Shown piece by piece: positions 26,453 through 36,192 of a stretch of 36,623 nt of DNA. Made by a program: the position numbers and the translations under genes. A model generated the notes under the pieces. That model had not been told where the DNA came from and searched no databases. It saw only the letters and a list, made by a program, of their open reading frames with translations. Position 1 is the stretch's first letter. Every line of letters begins with the position of its first letter. The stretch is from Sedimentisphaerales bacterium (GTDB taxonomy: Bacteria; Planctomycetota; Phycisphaerae; Sedimentisphaerales; SM23-30), in assembly GCA_963663965.2 (NCBI GenBank), contig CAXXFK010000004.1, positions 1 to 36,623 on the forward strand, given 5' to 3'.

Positions 26453-27145
26453 ATGGAGCAAAAAAATAACTCATCTTATCGATACGAGCGTAAAGTAACC
26501 TGTTCTGCGATTTATGACACGGCAGTGACTGTCTGGCTTCACTGTCATGATGCCCTGTTCCATGAAGCGTACCCCGCTCGATATGTCAATAATATTTATC
26601 TGGATACTATTCGCTACGATTGTTATCAGGACAATCTCAGTGGCGCTCCTGATCGTTACAAGGCACGGATACGCTGGTACGGCGATTTATGTGGTATCAT
26701 TGACCGACCGGTGCTGGAATTCAAGATTCGTAAGGGGGAGGTAGGAACTAAAAAGACTTATGAGCTTCCCTTATTGGAAATGGCTGAAGGCATCAATCTG
26801 GCGGTTCAACTCGAACAGGTATTTTCTCAAGCACAACTTCCAGAGAATGTGATGATTAAATTATCAGGACTCAGACCGTCGTTGATTAACCGTTATCTGC
26901 GGCGTTATTACCAGTCCGCCCGCAACGATTTTCGTCTTACCCTGGATAATGATTTAGGCTATTACCCGGTCGATTCTTTCATGGCAGGTTTTCTGCTGGA
27001 ACGACGTCTGAATGATCTGATGGTCATCGAATTAAAGTACGCGCCAGAAAATAACCAGGCAGCGGCTAAGATCATGCAGTCGCTGCCGGTACGGGTATCA
27101 CGCCATTCCAAATATGTAAATGGCTTACAACTGCTTTATCCCTGA
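26453..27145 (+). CDS. VTC (polyphosphate polymerase-like, CYTH superfamily) domain protein
   Basis: YRYERK (ExK), NIYLDT, KARIRWYG, LEFK, RLTLD, IELKY, SKYV. Confidence 0.88.
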   Translation: MEQKNNSSYRYERKVTCSAIYDTAVTVWLHCHDALFHEAYPARYVNNIYLDTIRYDCYQDNLSGAPDRYKARIRWYGDLCGIIDRPVLEFKIRKGEVGTKKTYELPLLEMAEGINLAVQLEQVFSQAQLPENVMIKLSGLRPSLINRYLRRYYQSARNDFRLTLDNDLGYYPVDSFMAGFLLERRLNDLMVIELKYAPENNQAAAKIMQSLPVRVSRHSKYVNGLQLLYP

Positions 27146-27149
27146 CCAA

Positions 27150-29315
27150 TCATAATTCAATCGTCAGGTTTCGGTAAATACTATTCCCAAAGGTATCCCG
27201 TAACCGGATCGTCAGAAAATGTCTGCCGTTTCGTTCGGGTTGGATACTCAGTTTGAAGTCTTCCCGGGTATTGTCAAAGATGCCATCGACAGGCAATCCT
27301 TTCTGCCAGTCCGTACTCGAATCGAGGACATAATCCAGTGATTCAATCACGCTGAGCTGATCCTGTGCCTGCAAATCGATCCTTATTTTATCACCTTCGG
27401 ATTGCCAGTTGAGTTGAAGGATTTCCGGAGCGGTATTATCGATGATTAGAGGCTGACTGATACGGGAAGTGGTTAAGGCTGAATCGGATGGATTGGAAGC
27501 CCGGTCACAGGCTTCAACTTTGAGATCGTAATGGCCATCGGCCAGAGTCAAGCCGTCAAGGGTATAGTTCAGGTCTTCAATATCTTTTTCCAGTAGAATC
27601 CAGCAGTCGCTATCGAGCGCGCGGATGTACAGATTATAGAGCAGGTCATCGTCATTCTGATCTTCGGCCTGCCAGGAGATGACAATCGTATTGGCCGGAT
27701 TGGGCTGTTCGGGTTGTTTAGGCTTGGGCTCGGGACGTCGAGCGCTCAGATTTTTAAGAAGCGGCGCCAGGTTGGGAATCTGGCTGGCAAGTTTAACCTC
27801 ACTCACACTGGGCGTCACTGCAGGATTGGTTGTTTCAAACAGGAGCTTATATTGCAGAAAACGTCCCGGCGCGGATGTGACAGGATTAAGACGTTCTACC
27901 GGATGGAATGGACCCCAGTCCTGCCAGCCGCCTTTTTCGGGATCGGCGGTATTTCCCGTTCGGGTTTGAATCAGCAAACGGGTCTGATCGGGAGACTCGG
28001 ATTGAATCTGGATCAGGCCCCATCGGCTGACCTGTTCAGCGTCACAGGGCTGGGAAAGATAATAGCCGTTTGGCTGATACTGGCAACCAAGGCGAACCAG
28101 AACAAAAGGATTGGACAGGCCCAGCAGGGTGGTTTTGCCGGCTAATAGCGCCGTTATCTGAGAACAATCGGGATTTTCGAATACGACAGCCGCTTGCCGG
28201 GTCTGGGGATTCAAATGGATCAGGCGGGCGTAATCCCCAATCCCAATAAGCAGACTCTGATCCGAATCGAGCGCCATGCAATGGATGGTAACGGCCTGTT
28301 TGAAAATCGATGTCACAAAACCTTGCGGATCGATTTTGAAGATTTCATTGCCTTCCTGATCGCCGTTGCCATTACGATTATTCGAACGCGGCGGCATTCT
28401 GGAAATTCGCACAGCGGGAGTGGGTCGTGAAACAGGCGGGAAATACATGGCATTGCCGTTTTCTGGTCGGCTGTCATCCTGATCGGCCAGCACCAGACGG
28501 CCGGCTATTTTGGCCGCCATCATATCCGAAGTCGCCGCGTAGAGAACACCCTGGTTATCCAGTACGAGCCGGCTGATTTCTTTATGACCGGTATCGTAAA
28601 TAATCGTTGCTTTGCTGGTGGAGGGATCGATCCGGTAGATCAGGCCGAATTCATCCCCGCCGGCATAAAGCCGGCCTTGCGGATCGAGTACGAGAGTCAG
28701 AATATTTTTTTCACCGGCTTGATATAACACTTGTTCATTGGCGCCATCGGGATCCAGCGTGATAATCTTGCCGGTAGGGCCTGTCGCCAGATAAATACGT
28801 CCGGCCGGCCCGGTAACGATGGACCAGATATACTTGATTTCATTACTGGACCAGATCGTCGTGGGTTTCCCTCTGCTGTCAAAACGGATAAGTTGGGCCT
28901 GTGCCCCTCCGGTACCGGCCAGCAGTTGGTTTTTCTCATCACGTCCCAGGGAAAAGATATGACGAGCCTGATCCTCTTGATCGCCATAAATGGCGACTGG
29001 TTCGCAATCTGGCTGTGCATCAACTGGAAGTTGATAAATGGTTCCCTGACCACTGGTGGCAAGGTAAATCTGATCATCGATCTGAATAATATCGTTAATC
29101 GTCCATTCTCCGGTACGTGTCAGGATCGCCTCTGTCTGATAGCTTAATTGGATGGTACCCGTGCTCGTAATGGTGACACCATTGGGATCGCCCGTTTTAA
29201 ATTGCTCTTCGGTATTGTAGAGAGTATAGACGGTTTTCACCGCATAAACAGGGGTCGAGGTAGAGAACATAATCAGTACTATGGTGATTAATGTGATTTC
29301 AAAAATTTTATGCAT
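27150..29315 (-). CDS. Secreted beta-propeller protein with C-terminal beta-sandwich/FN3-like domains, function unknown
   Basis: Signal peptide; repeated blades (IYLATSG, LLAGTG, IYLATGPTG, LYAGG, LYAAT); TRTGNT..P, RFLQYK, ISWQAED, DGHY.LKV.A.D, IDNTAP. Confidence 0.75.
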   Translation of the reverse strand: MHKIFEITLITIVLIMFSTSTPVYAVKTVYTLYNTEEQFKTGDPNGVTITSTGTIQLSYQTEAILTRTGEWTINDIIQIDDQIYLATSGQGTIYQLPVDAQPDCEPVAIYGDQEDQARHIFSLGRDEKNQLLAGTGGAQAQLIRFDSRGKPTTIWSSNEIKYIWSIVTGPAGRIYLATGPTGKIITLDPDGANEQVLYQAGEKNILTLVLDPQGRLYAGGDEFGLIYRIDPSTSKATIIYDTGHKEISRLVLDNQGVLYAATSDMMAAKIAGRLVLADQDDSRPENGNAMYFPPVSRPTPAVRISRMPPRSNNRNGNGDQEGNEIFKIDPQGFVTSIFKQAVTIHCMALDSDQSLLIGIGDYARLIHLNPQTRQAAVVFENPDCSQITALLAGKTTLLGLSNPFVLVRLGCQYQPNGYYLSQPCDAEQVSRWGLIQIQSESPDQTRLLIQTRTGNTADPEKGGWQDWGPFHPVERLNPVTSAPGRFLQYKLLFETTNPAVTPSVSEVKLASQIPNLAPLLKNLSARRPEPKPKQPEQPNPANTIVISWQAEDQNDDDLLYNLYIRALDSDCWILLEKDIEDLNYTLDGLTLADGHYDLKVEACDRASNPSDSALTTSRISQPLIIDNTAPEILQLNWQSEGDKIRIDLQAQDQLSVIESLDYVLDSSTDWQKGLPVDGIFDNTREDFKLSIQPERNGRHFLTIRLRDTFGNSIYRNLTIEL

Positions 29316-29526
29316 AGGTTACCTCATATCGGGTCATTAAACTTATACTTTCAAACGAAAGCTGGACTCAGGATCATACATGCCGTTTACGATTAAAAAT
29401 GCCCGCTGGGCCGTGATATAAGTTCTACACGAGTAAAAACTTATCTTGCGAGCGATCGGGAATTTTCATACCCATTGGGTATAATATCTCAAATTGAGTC
29501 TTTTGTTAAATAAATTGTGGATCAGA

Positions 29527-30090
29527 TTAGTCGGCTGGATAGTCATTATTGAGAATACCAATATAATCCAGTTCCCGATAGCGTTCCTGATAATCCAGGC
29601 CGTAACCGACCACGAACAGATCCTCCACTTCCAGCGCATGGAAATCAATCGGAACGGTATGTTCATGACCGCGATTTTTAACCAGCAGAACCGCGGTTTT
29701 AATTTGGGCCGCGCCTTGTTTATTCAGCCAGTTAATCAGGGCTGTCATCGTATGGCCCGTATCATAAATATCATCAACCAGAAGAATCTCTTTGCCTTGG
29801 ATAGCCAAATCAGGGGGCGCAACAATAGCAACCTGTCCGCTGGATTGGGTGGTGCCATTATAACTGCTAGCTTTTACATGAGTTATCTTAAATTTAGGAT
29901 TGGTAATACGCTGAAATAAATCCGAGGAAAATCGCCGCGCACCTTCCAGCAGCACCACAACGGCCACCTCATCTGTATCGACATAGGCCAATTCGATCTG
30001 ACGGGCCAGCCGGTCAATCGCCGATTGTATTTCGGTTGAGCTGATCAGTTCTGTTATCTTCAGCGAATTCATTCTTATATTATCGGTCAT
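29527..30090 (-). CDS. hpt: Hypoxanthine phosphoribosyltransferase
   Basis: ASSY loop; LLVDDIYDTGHT PRPP motif; FVVGYGLDY...YREL. Confidence 0.93.
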   Translation of the reverse strand: MTDNIRMNSLKITELISSTEIQSAIDRLARQIELAYVDTDEVAVVVLLEGARRFSSDLFQRITNPKFKITHVKASSYNGTTQSSGQVAIVAPPDLAIQGKEILLVDDIYDTGHTMTALINWLNKQGAAQIKTAVLLVKNRGHEHTVPIDFHALEVEDLFVVGYGLDYQERYRELDYIGILNNDYPAD

Positions 30091-30364
30091 ATTCTAAGAC
30101 CTGAGCAAAGATTAGACTATTATTTTCTTACATTATTTGATACGAATGATCTGATCAGGGTTAGGTTTGTTAAACCTTTTTGCGATAGGGATTAACACAC
30201 AGATAGATGACCGGCCGTTAAATCATAAGTTAGTAAACAAAAGGGATATTGTGTTATCAAATATAAATTCTGATTGATTTTATGACGATCCATGGAAATA
30301 GTCAAGAACCCCATTCAGTAAATAGGATAATTGTGGGGATAGCAAATTTTCAGGAGATTGAGAG

Positions 30365-30601
30365 ATGGCAGAGTGCGAATGTATTTCTGGGTGCCCTTTT
30401 TTCAATGGGCGTATGGCACAGACGATGGGTACCGTTGTTGAAAGTATGAAAAGGCGTTATTGCCTGGGTGATCAAACCAATTGTGCCCGCCACATGGTTA
30501 AACGCACACTTGGTAAAGAACACGTCCCGCCCGATATGATTCCCAACCAGATCGAAATTGCACAACAGATGATCGAAGCCGCGGGTTTAACTGTCAAGTA
30601 A
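30365..30601 (+). CDS. Small Cys-rich hypothetical protein
   Basis: CAGGAG SD; CEC..GCPFF, YC, CAR, VPPDM.P; isolated in AT-rich flanks. Confidence 0.78.
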   Translation: MAECECISGCPFFNGRMAQTMGTVVESMKRRYCLGDQTNCARHMVKRTLGKEHVPPDMIPNQIEIAQQMIEAAGLTVK

Positions 30602-30842
30602 ATGTCAGGAAAGGCAGAAGAAATCGCATTTGGGCCTTCCAGTGTAGGGCTATTATTCAGAAATAGCGCCGGTTATTGAATATCTACAAATAGACCGGTT
30701 AGGTAAGCTCTGATAAAACAAAGCCAGCATTTTCGTAATATCATACGGTCTGACTCGTCATGAATAGTAATTGTGTTGGCCTGAAACCGGGTCAATACCC
30801 GATAACTGTTTATGAAATAATAAATTAAATCCGGAGTCAACT

Positions 30843-31328
30843 ATGCGATATTTAATGAAGCAGAAATTCTGGGCTTTGGGTAATGATTTTACTATCAAAG
30901 ATAAACAGGGTAACGATATTTACTTTATCGATGGTAAAGCATTTTCCCTCGGCGACAAACTCTCCTTTCAGGATATGGTTGGAAACGAACTGGCTTATAT
31001 ATCGCAAAAAATCTTCAGCTTCAAAAAGCGTTATAATATCTATCGCAATGGCAACCTGTTTGCCGAAGTCATCAAAGAACTAAGTCTTTTCAAAGATAAG
31101 TTTACCGTAGATATTCCCGGTCCCAACGATTATGAAGTCCGTGGTAATTTCTGGGATCATGAATACAGTTTTTTACGAAGCGGCCGCGAAGTGGCCCATG
31201 TGTCCAAAGCCTATTTTACCCTGACTGACAGTTATGGGATCGATGTGATCGATGGCGAAGATGATATTACCATCCTGGCCACCGCCGTTGTCATCGATCT
31301 GGTCAACGAAGATTCGCGCAATCGCTGA
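30843..31328 (+). CDS. LURP1/scramblase/tubby C-like protein (YxjI-like)
   Basis: MKQKFW..GNDF.I.D; GNFWDHEY; DSYGIDV; ILA.AVVID; GGAG SD. Confidence 0.88.
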   Translation: MRYLMKQKFWALGNDFTIKDKQGNDIYFIDGKAFSLGDKLSFQDMVGNELAYISQKIFSFKKRYNIYRNGNLFAEVIKELSLFKDKFTVDIPGPNDYEVRGNFWDHEYSFLRSGREVAHVSKAYFTLTDSYGIDVIDGEDDITILATAVVIDLVNEDSRNR

Positions 31329-31331
31329 GAA

Positions 31332-33029
31332 TTAGCCTTGTTGCTGTACTTTGGCCCAGGTATCCTTAAGGGTTGCGGTTCGATTAAAGACCAACTTGTT
31401 CGTTGTACTGCCCGGATCAATGCAAAAGTACCCTAATCGTTCAAACTGATACCGTGTCAGTGCCGGCGCTCCTTTAACCGCCGGTTCAATATATGCTTGC
31501 GGTACCACCGTTAGAGAATCCGGATTCATATTGGCGGTAAAATCCTGACCTTCTTCAACCGCTTCGGGATTTTCTTTGTTAAACAAATGGTCATAAAGCC
31601 GAACTTCCGCTGTCAGGGCATCTTTGGCAGATACCCAGTGCAAGGTCGCTTTAACTTTACGGCCATCCGGGCTGTCTCCCCCCCGGGTCGCCGGGTCATA
31701 AGTACAGCGTAATTCGACAATATTGCCGGCCTCATCTTTGATCACTTCCTGGCAGGTAATGAAATACGCGTAACGTAAGCGGACTTCACGCCCGGGCGTC
31801 AGGCGGAAGAATTTTTTCGGAGGTTCTTCCATGAAGTCTTCACGTTCAATATAGATCTCCCGGCTGAACGGTACTTTACGGGTTCCGGCTGAGGCGTCTT
31901 CAGGGTTGTTCACTGCGTCCAGTTCTTCGGTCTGGTTTTCTGGGTAGTTGGTTATCACTACTTTTAATGGATTTAAAACGGCCATGACACGCGCCGAGGT
32001 CTTGTTCAAGTCATCCCGCACGCAATGCTCCAACAGAGCAAATTCAACAGTGCTGTTAAACTTGTTAACCCCAATTTTTTTGCAGAATGTCCGGATCGAG
32101 GATGGTGAATAGCCTCGCCGCCTCATACCCGAAATCGTCGGCATACGCGGATCATCCCAACCGTGGACCAGTTTGTCTTGTACCAGGCGCAGCAGTTTGC
32201 GTTTACTCATCACCGTATAAGTCAGGTTTAATCGGGCGAACTCGATCTGTTGGGGATGATAGATGCCCAATTCATCCAGAAACCAGTCATACAAAGGCCG
32301 GTGATTCTCAAATTCCAGCGTACAGATTGAATGGGTAATGCCTTCGATCGAATCTTCCAGACCATGAGCCCAGTCGTACATGGCGTATATACACCAGGCG
32401 TCACCGGTGTTATGATGGGTGGCATGTAGAATCCGGTACATGACCGGATCGCGCATATTCAGATTCGGATGCGACATGTCAATTTTAGCCTTCAGAGTCC
32501 GGCTGCCATCGGGAAACTCGCCGTTTTTCATCCGCTCGAACAAATCCAGATTTTCATCAATCGTCCGGTCACGGAAAGGGCTGTTTTTGCCTGGCGCCGT
32601 CAGAGTACCGCGGTACTCGCGGGTTTCTTCGGCTGTCAGGTCACAGACATACGCCTTGCCCTTTTTAATCAGGTCAATAGCCCAGTCGTACATCTGCTGA
32701 AAATAGTCCGAAGCAAAGAACAGCCGGTCTTCCCAGTCCCAGCCCAGCCAGCGAACATCCTCCTCAATGGATTTGACATATTCATCCTCTTCCTTGGTCG
32801 GATTGGTGTCATCGAAGCGCAGATTGCATTTGCCGCCAAATTCACTGGCGATCCCAAAGTTCAGACAGATGCTTTTCGCATGGCCAATGTGCAAATAACC
32901 GTTCGGTTCCGGAGGAAAACGGGTATGGACCCGTTGGTCCCATTTGCCGCTTTTTTGGTCTTCAGTGACTATCGTTCGGATAAAATCAAGAGATTGACGT
33001 TCATTGTTGTTGGCGTTGGCATCGTTCAT
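31332..33029 (-). CDS. glnS: Glutamine--tRNA ligase
   Basis: [50 protein letters not shown]; start set at MNDAN (GAGGG SD). Confidence 0.97.
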   Translation of the reverse strand: MNDANANNNERQSLDFIRTIVTEDQKSGKWDQRVHTRFPPEPNGYLHIGHAKSICLNFGIASEFGGKCNLRFDDTNPTKEEDEYVKSIEEDVRWLGWDWEDRLFFASDYFQQMYDWAIDLIKKGKAYVCDLTAEETREYRGTLTAPGKNSPFRDRTIDENLDLFERMKNGEFPDGSRTLKAKIDMSHPNLNMRDPVMYRILHATHHNTGDAWCIYAMYDWAHGLEDSIEGITHSICTLEFENHRPLYDWFLDELGIYHPQQIEFARLNLTYTVMSKRKLLRLVQDKLVHGWDDPRMPTISGMRRRGYSPSSIRTFCKKIGVNKFNSTVEFALLEHCVRDDLNKTSARVMAVLNPLKVVITNYPENQTEELDAVNNPEDASAGTRKVPFSREIYIEREDFMEEPPKKFFRLTPGREVRLRYAYFITCQEVIKDEAGNIVELRCTYDPATRGGDSPDGRKVKATLHWVSAKDALTAEVRLYDHLFNKENPEAVEEGQDFTANMNPDSLTVVPQAYIEPAVKGAPALTRYQFERLGYFCIDPGSTTNKLVFNRTATLKDTWAKVQQQG

Positions 33030-33110
33030 GGTACTACCCTCTTGGGTGTGGTGGGATGGATAACATCTTATTGTATAATGAATTAGGTAAAAACAAAATA
33101 TAAACAAACC

Positions 33111-33138
33111 ATTATAAAGCCAGATTTTTATCCGTCAA
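33111..33138 (-). promoter_or_regulatory. sigma70-type glnS promoter
   Basis: Minus strand TTGACG-N16-TATAAT, about 80 nt upstream of the ATG at 33029. Confidence 0.65.
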
Positions 33139-33166
33139 CAAAAATAGCCGCCGATACCTCGGCGGC
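33139..33166 (-). terminator. Intrinsic terminator of the response-regulator genes
   Basis: Perfect 8-bp GC-rich stem GCCGCCGA/TCGGCGGC, 4-nt loop, followed on the minus strand by TATTTTT. Confidence 0.8.
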
Positions 33167-33216
33167 CAACATGCTGTGGCTTGTAACAGCGGTTATGATC
33201 TTAAGGTTGTTCTTGA

Positions 33217-33816
33217 TCATATTGCCGGTGGAACCGATTCGATTTCCAAGACATTGATAAGTCGTTCCGCCTGTTCCAGTTCCGTTTCCAGATTGGTAAT
33301 GTATTCGGTGATTTTGTGATAGGGCGACACTCGAATATTAGGCGAGGTTGACTTTTCTGGTTTTGTCGAAGGCCTGGCGTGAATCGATTGCAATTGTCTG
33401 AGTTGTCGGCGGCAAACCTTACCGGCTCGATCCAGTATTTCCAGCAGGCGTTTGTATTCCACGGCCTGACGGACCGTGGTTAAAATGTCCAGACCGTTGC
33501 AGGGTTTGGATAAATAACGATAGACTTCACCCTCGTTAATGGCACGGTAAGCCGAATCCGTGTCGCCGGCGCCGGTAATCAGTATCCGAACAATCTGGGG
33601 ATGATTTTCCTTGAGATAGAGTAAAAATTCGTTCCCTTTCATGATCGGCATCCGTTCGTCGGTAATCACCACATCGATGGTTTCATTTTGCACGATATGG
33701 ATTGCCTTGCTGGCTGAATCAGCGCAATATATCCGATACGATTCTTCTGCCAGCAGACGCTGAATCGACCGGGTGACCCGGGTGTCATCATCCACGATTA
33801 AAATGGTTGGTTCCAT
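33217..33816 (-). CDS. Response regulator (receiver plus short helical tail)
   Basis: ILIVDDD, VITDERMP, ITG, YLSKP. Confidence 0.9.
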   Translation of the reverse strand: MEPTILIVDDDTRVTRSIQRLLAEESYRIYCADSASKAIHIVQNETIDVVITDERMPIMKGNEFLLYLKENHPQIVRILITGAGDTDSAYRAINEGEVYRYLSKPCNGLDILTTVRQAVEYKRLLEILDRAGKVCRRQLRQLQSIHARPSTKPEKSTSPNIRVSPYHKITEYITNLETELEQAERLINVLEIESVPPAI

Positions 33817-33893
33817 AATATTTTACCTGTATCAAGTATCAACGATTCATTCCAAACCTGATTTTTCAAGCCTGTGCGATATCAACCCGGCGG

Positions 33894-34538
33894 TCAAGGT
33901 CCCCAATAGGTTTCCGGATTGTTCGGTTTTTCTTGTTTGCTGCCTTTTCCGCCGCATGACCAGTCGGAAAAGAACTCACCATTGTTTTTAATCTCACGGT
34001 CGATTTCGGCGATCAATTCTTCCACACTTTCTTTGATTTCATCGATTACCACCAATCCGTCGGAATTGGTTTCCACTTGCGATAAACCCGGATGCGCTTT
34101 TTCCAGTTCTGTCAGCAATCGATTCTGTTTTTTGGCGGCGTTCATCAGTTCCAGGCTCTTTTTAAGCAGTTGCCGATGTTGCAGCGCCTGGCGAATGGTT
34201 ACGGCCATCTCGACTACATTGCAGGGTTTGAGCAGATAACGGTAAATCTCGCCCTCATTGATTGCGGTAACCGCGGATTCCAGTGAAGCCTGTCCGGTCA
34301 GAATAATACGGACCGTATCGGGATGTTTATCCCGAACGATCGATAATAATTCACTGCCGTTCATACCCGGCATTTGTTCATCGGAAATCACCACATCAAC
34401 CGGGTGTTCCTTGAGAATCTGAAGGGCTTCCGGGCCCGATTCCGCCGAATAAAAAGTATAGTCTTCTTCGGCCAGCGAACGGGTCAGACTTCGTGTTAAA
34501 CGCGGATCGTCATCGACTAACATAACTGAATATGGCAT
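33894..34538 (-). CDS. Response regulator (receiver plus short helical tail)
   Basis: MLVDDD, ISDEQMP, LTG, YLLKP; start set at MPYSV (AGGAG SD). Confidence 0.9.
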   Translation of the reverse strand: MPYSVMLVDDDPRLTRSLTRSLAEEDYTFYSAESGPEALQILKEHPVDVVISDEQMPGMNGSELLSIVRDKHPDTVRIILTGQASLESAVTAINEGEIYRYLLKPCNVVEMAVTIRQALQHRQLLKKSLELMNAAKKQNRLLTELEKAHPGLSQVETNSDGLVVIDEIKESVEELIAEIDREIKNNGEFFSDWSCGGKGSKQEKPNNPETYWGP

Positions 34539-35730
34539 GATCTTGCTCCTGTTCTTTATGGGACCATTGTTGGTATAATTGCATCCATTGGGCCAGTTTC
34601 TCCGGTGAGACATGTTGGCCAATCTTTTTTAATAAACTGTCGGCGTCCGAGGTCGCGGCCAGCATGGTTTCGGCAATAGCCAGGTAACGCACAGGGAGAG
34701 AATCGCGCAATATCTGGGGACTATGATGCCAGTATACGCTTTCAACGATTTTTCGCGGGAATCCCCAAATGCTGAGCAGATAGGCGCCCAGTTCACTGTG
34801 CGAAATACCAAATTGTTCGGTTTCTGCCTGGCGACCGACATGGCCGGCTACTGTGAGAGGCGCTAAAATAGTTCTTAGTTCTTCAGGGCGATTATCCAGT
34901 AGAATCAGCTTGCCGACATCGTGCAGGGTCGTAAATAATTCCAGTAATCTCAGTTGACTGGGTGATAAACCATCAATCCGGGCCAGGCTGACGGCTAAGC
35001 TGGTGATCCGGACACTATGTCGGTTTATTTGATTGAGATATTCGATGAATATCGAATTGCCTTCCATTGGCTTGAATATACTGCCTTGTTGTACCAGTTC
35101 CCGGAGAAAACCAATATCATAACGGGCCAGTATGCTGGACAGGCCAGCAGACTCGGCGGCTTGAATACTGAATCCTGCGCCGGCGATATGCAGTAAACCG
35201 CACAAAAGGCCGATATCGCTTCGTAATATTTGTGATAAGCACTGCTTATCCGGATGATCAGAGTTGATTTGTTCAAGTAGTTTATGATAAACAGAAGGGA
35301 CGACCGGAAGTGCCGTTTGATTGGCGACCATGTGGCGATATTCTGGATTTTTCAGGGAATTCCTCATCTGATGGATGGTGTCGATGCTATCGGTTAAATG
35401 TCCCAGATCGTACGGTTTGGGTATATAGTAATGGATACGATCTATCGCTTCGATCAGTTTTTGCTGGGAGGTCTGGCCGGATAGTATGATTCTTACGATA
35501 TCAGGATAGCTATGGCGAATTTTATCCAGTAGAACGGCGCCATCCATGCCTTTCATACGCATGTCGGATATGACAATATCCAGGGGATTTCTATTGAGAA
35601 GTTCCAGCGCTTCCGGGCCATTTTCCGCAAAGAATATTTCCCAGTCCGTTTGCAAGGTGAGCAGCCGGCGAATGCCGCTTAACATGCGTGCATCATCATC
35701 AACAAATAATACTCGACATTTGTTGCCCAT
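34510..35730 (-). CDS. Receiver-HDOD domain protein
   Basis: LFVDDD, ISDMRM, KP; LPVVP, HS, LHDVGKL, HSELGAYLL..WGFP, WHH. Confidence 0.9.
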   Translation of the reverse strand: MGNKCRVLFVDDDARMLSGIRRLLTLQTDWEIFFAENGPEALELLNRNPLDIVISDMRMKGMDGAVLLDKIRHSYPDIVRIILSGQTSQQKLIEAIDRIHYYIPKPYDLGHLTDSIDTIHQMRNSLKNPEYRHMVANQTALPVVPSVYHKLLEQINSDHPDKQCLSQILRSDIGLLCGLLHIAGAGFSIQAAESAGLSSILARYDIGFLRELVQQGSIFKPMEGNSIFIEYLNQINRHSVRITSLAVSLARIDGLSPSQLRLLELFTTLHDVGKLILLDNRPEELRTILAPLTVAGHVGRQAETEQFGISHSELGAYLLSIWGFPRKIVESVYWHHSPQILRDSLPVRYLAIAETMLAATSDADSLLKKIGQHVSPEKLAQWMQLYQQWSHKEQEQDHAIFSYVSR

Positions 35731-36192
35731 TGCTCAGTTCTCAAATTCGATTAAAAAGACAGTTATCAGCCCTGATAGAGTATCTGTTGTCACTTTTTTT
35801 ATCGTAAGGTTTTCAATGCGATATTAGTTGAATTTATTGACAGGCATAGAAATGCTGTAACTTTTGTCAGGATAAGGAGCTGTGCATCAATGAAATATAC
35901 GGTTTCTGTTGGGAGGGTACATTTCGTCCGATAAAAGATCTTTATGGATATGCCAGCCAGTCAGACTGTCAAACCCGCAGTATGACTTCCGATAACTCAA
36001 TCGTAGTGCGTCTTCTCCCAGGGTGATAAAATCAATCTCTAAATAATTCAGAGGTAAATTATTCGATAGAATCGTGCGATAATATAATAGTATGACGATT
36101 CTGAACAGAGCTGATGGCAAACTTAAATGCATCTTGATTCACTTAAAATTATGACAATCATGGAACCCAAATAGGAAGCGAAAGTCTCGTTG

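Noticed and set aside
36115..36130. TGGCAAACTTAAATGC as a sigma54 promoter
   Set aside because: GG-to-GC spacing is 11 nt rather than the required 10
35887..36132. 81-aa minus-strand ORF between divergent regulators
   Set aside because: No SD or motif, in AT-rich divergent promoter DNA
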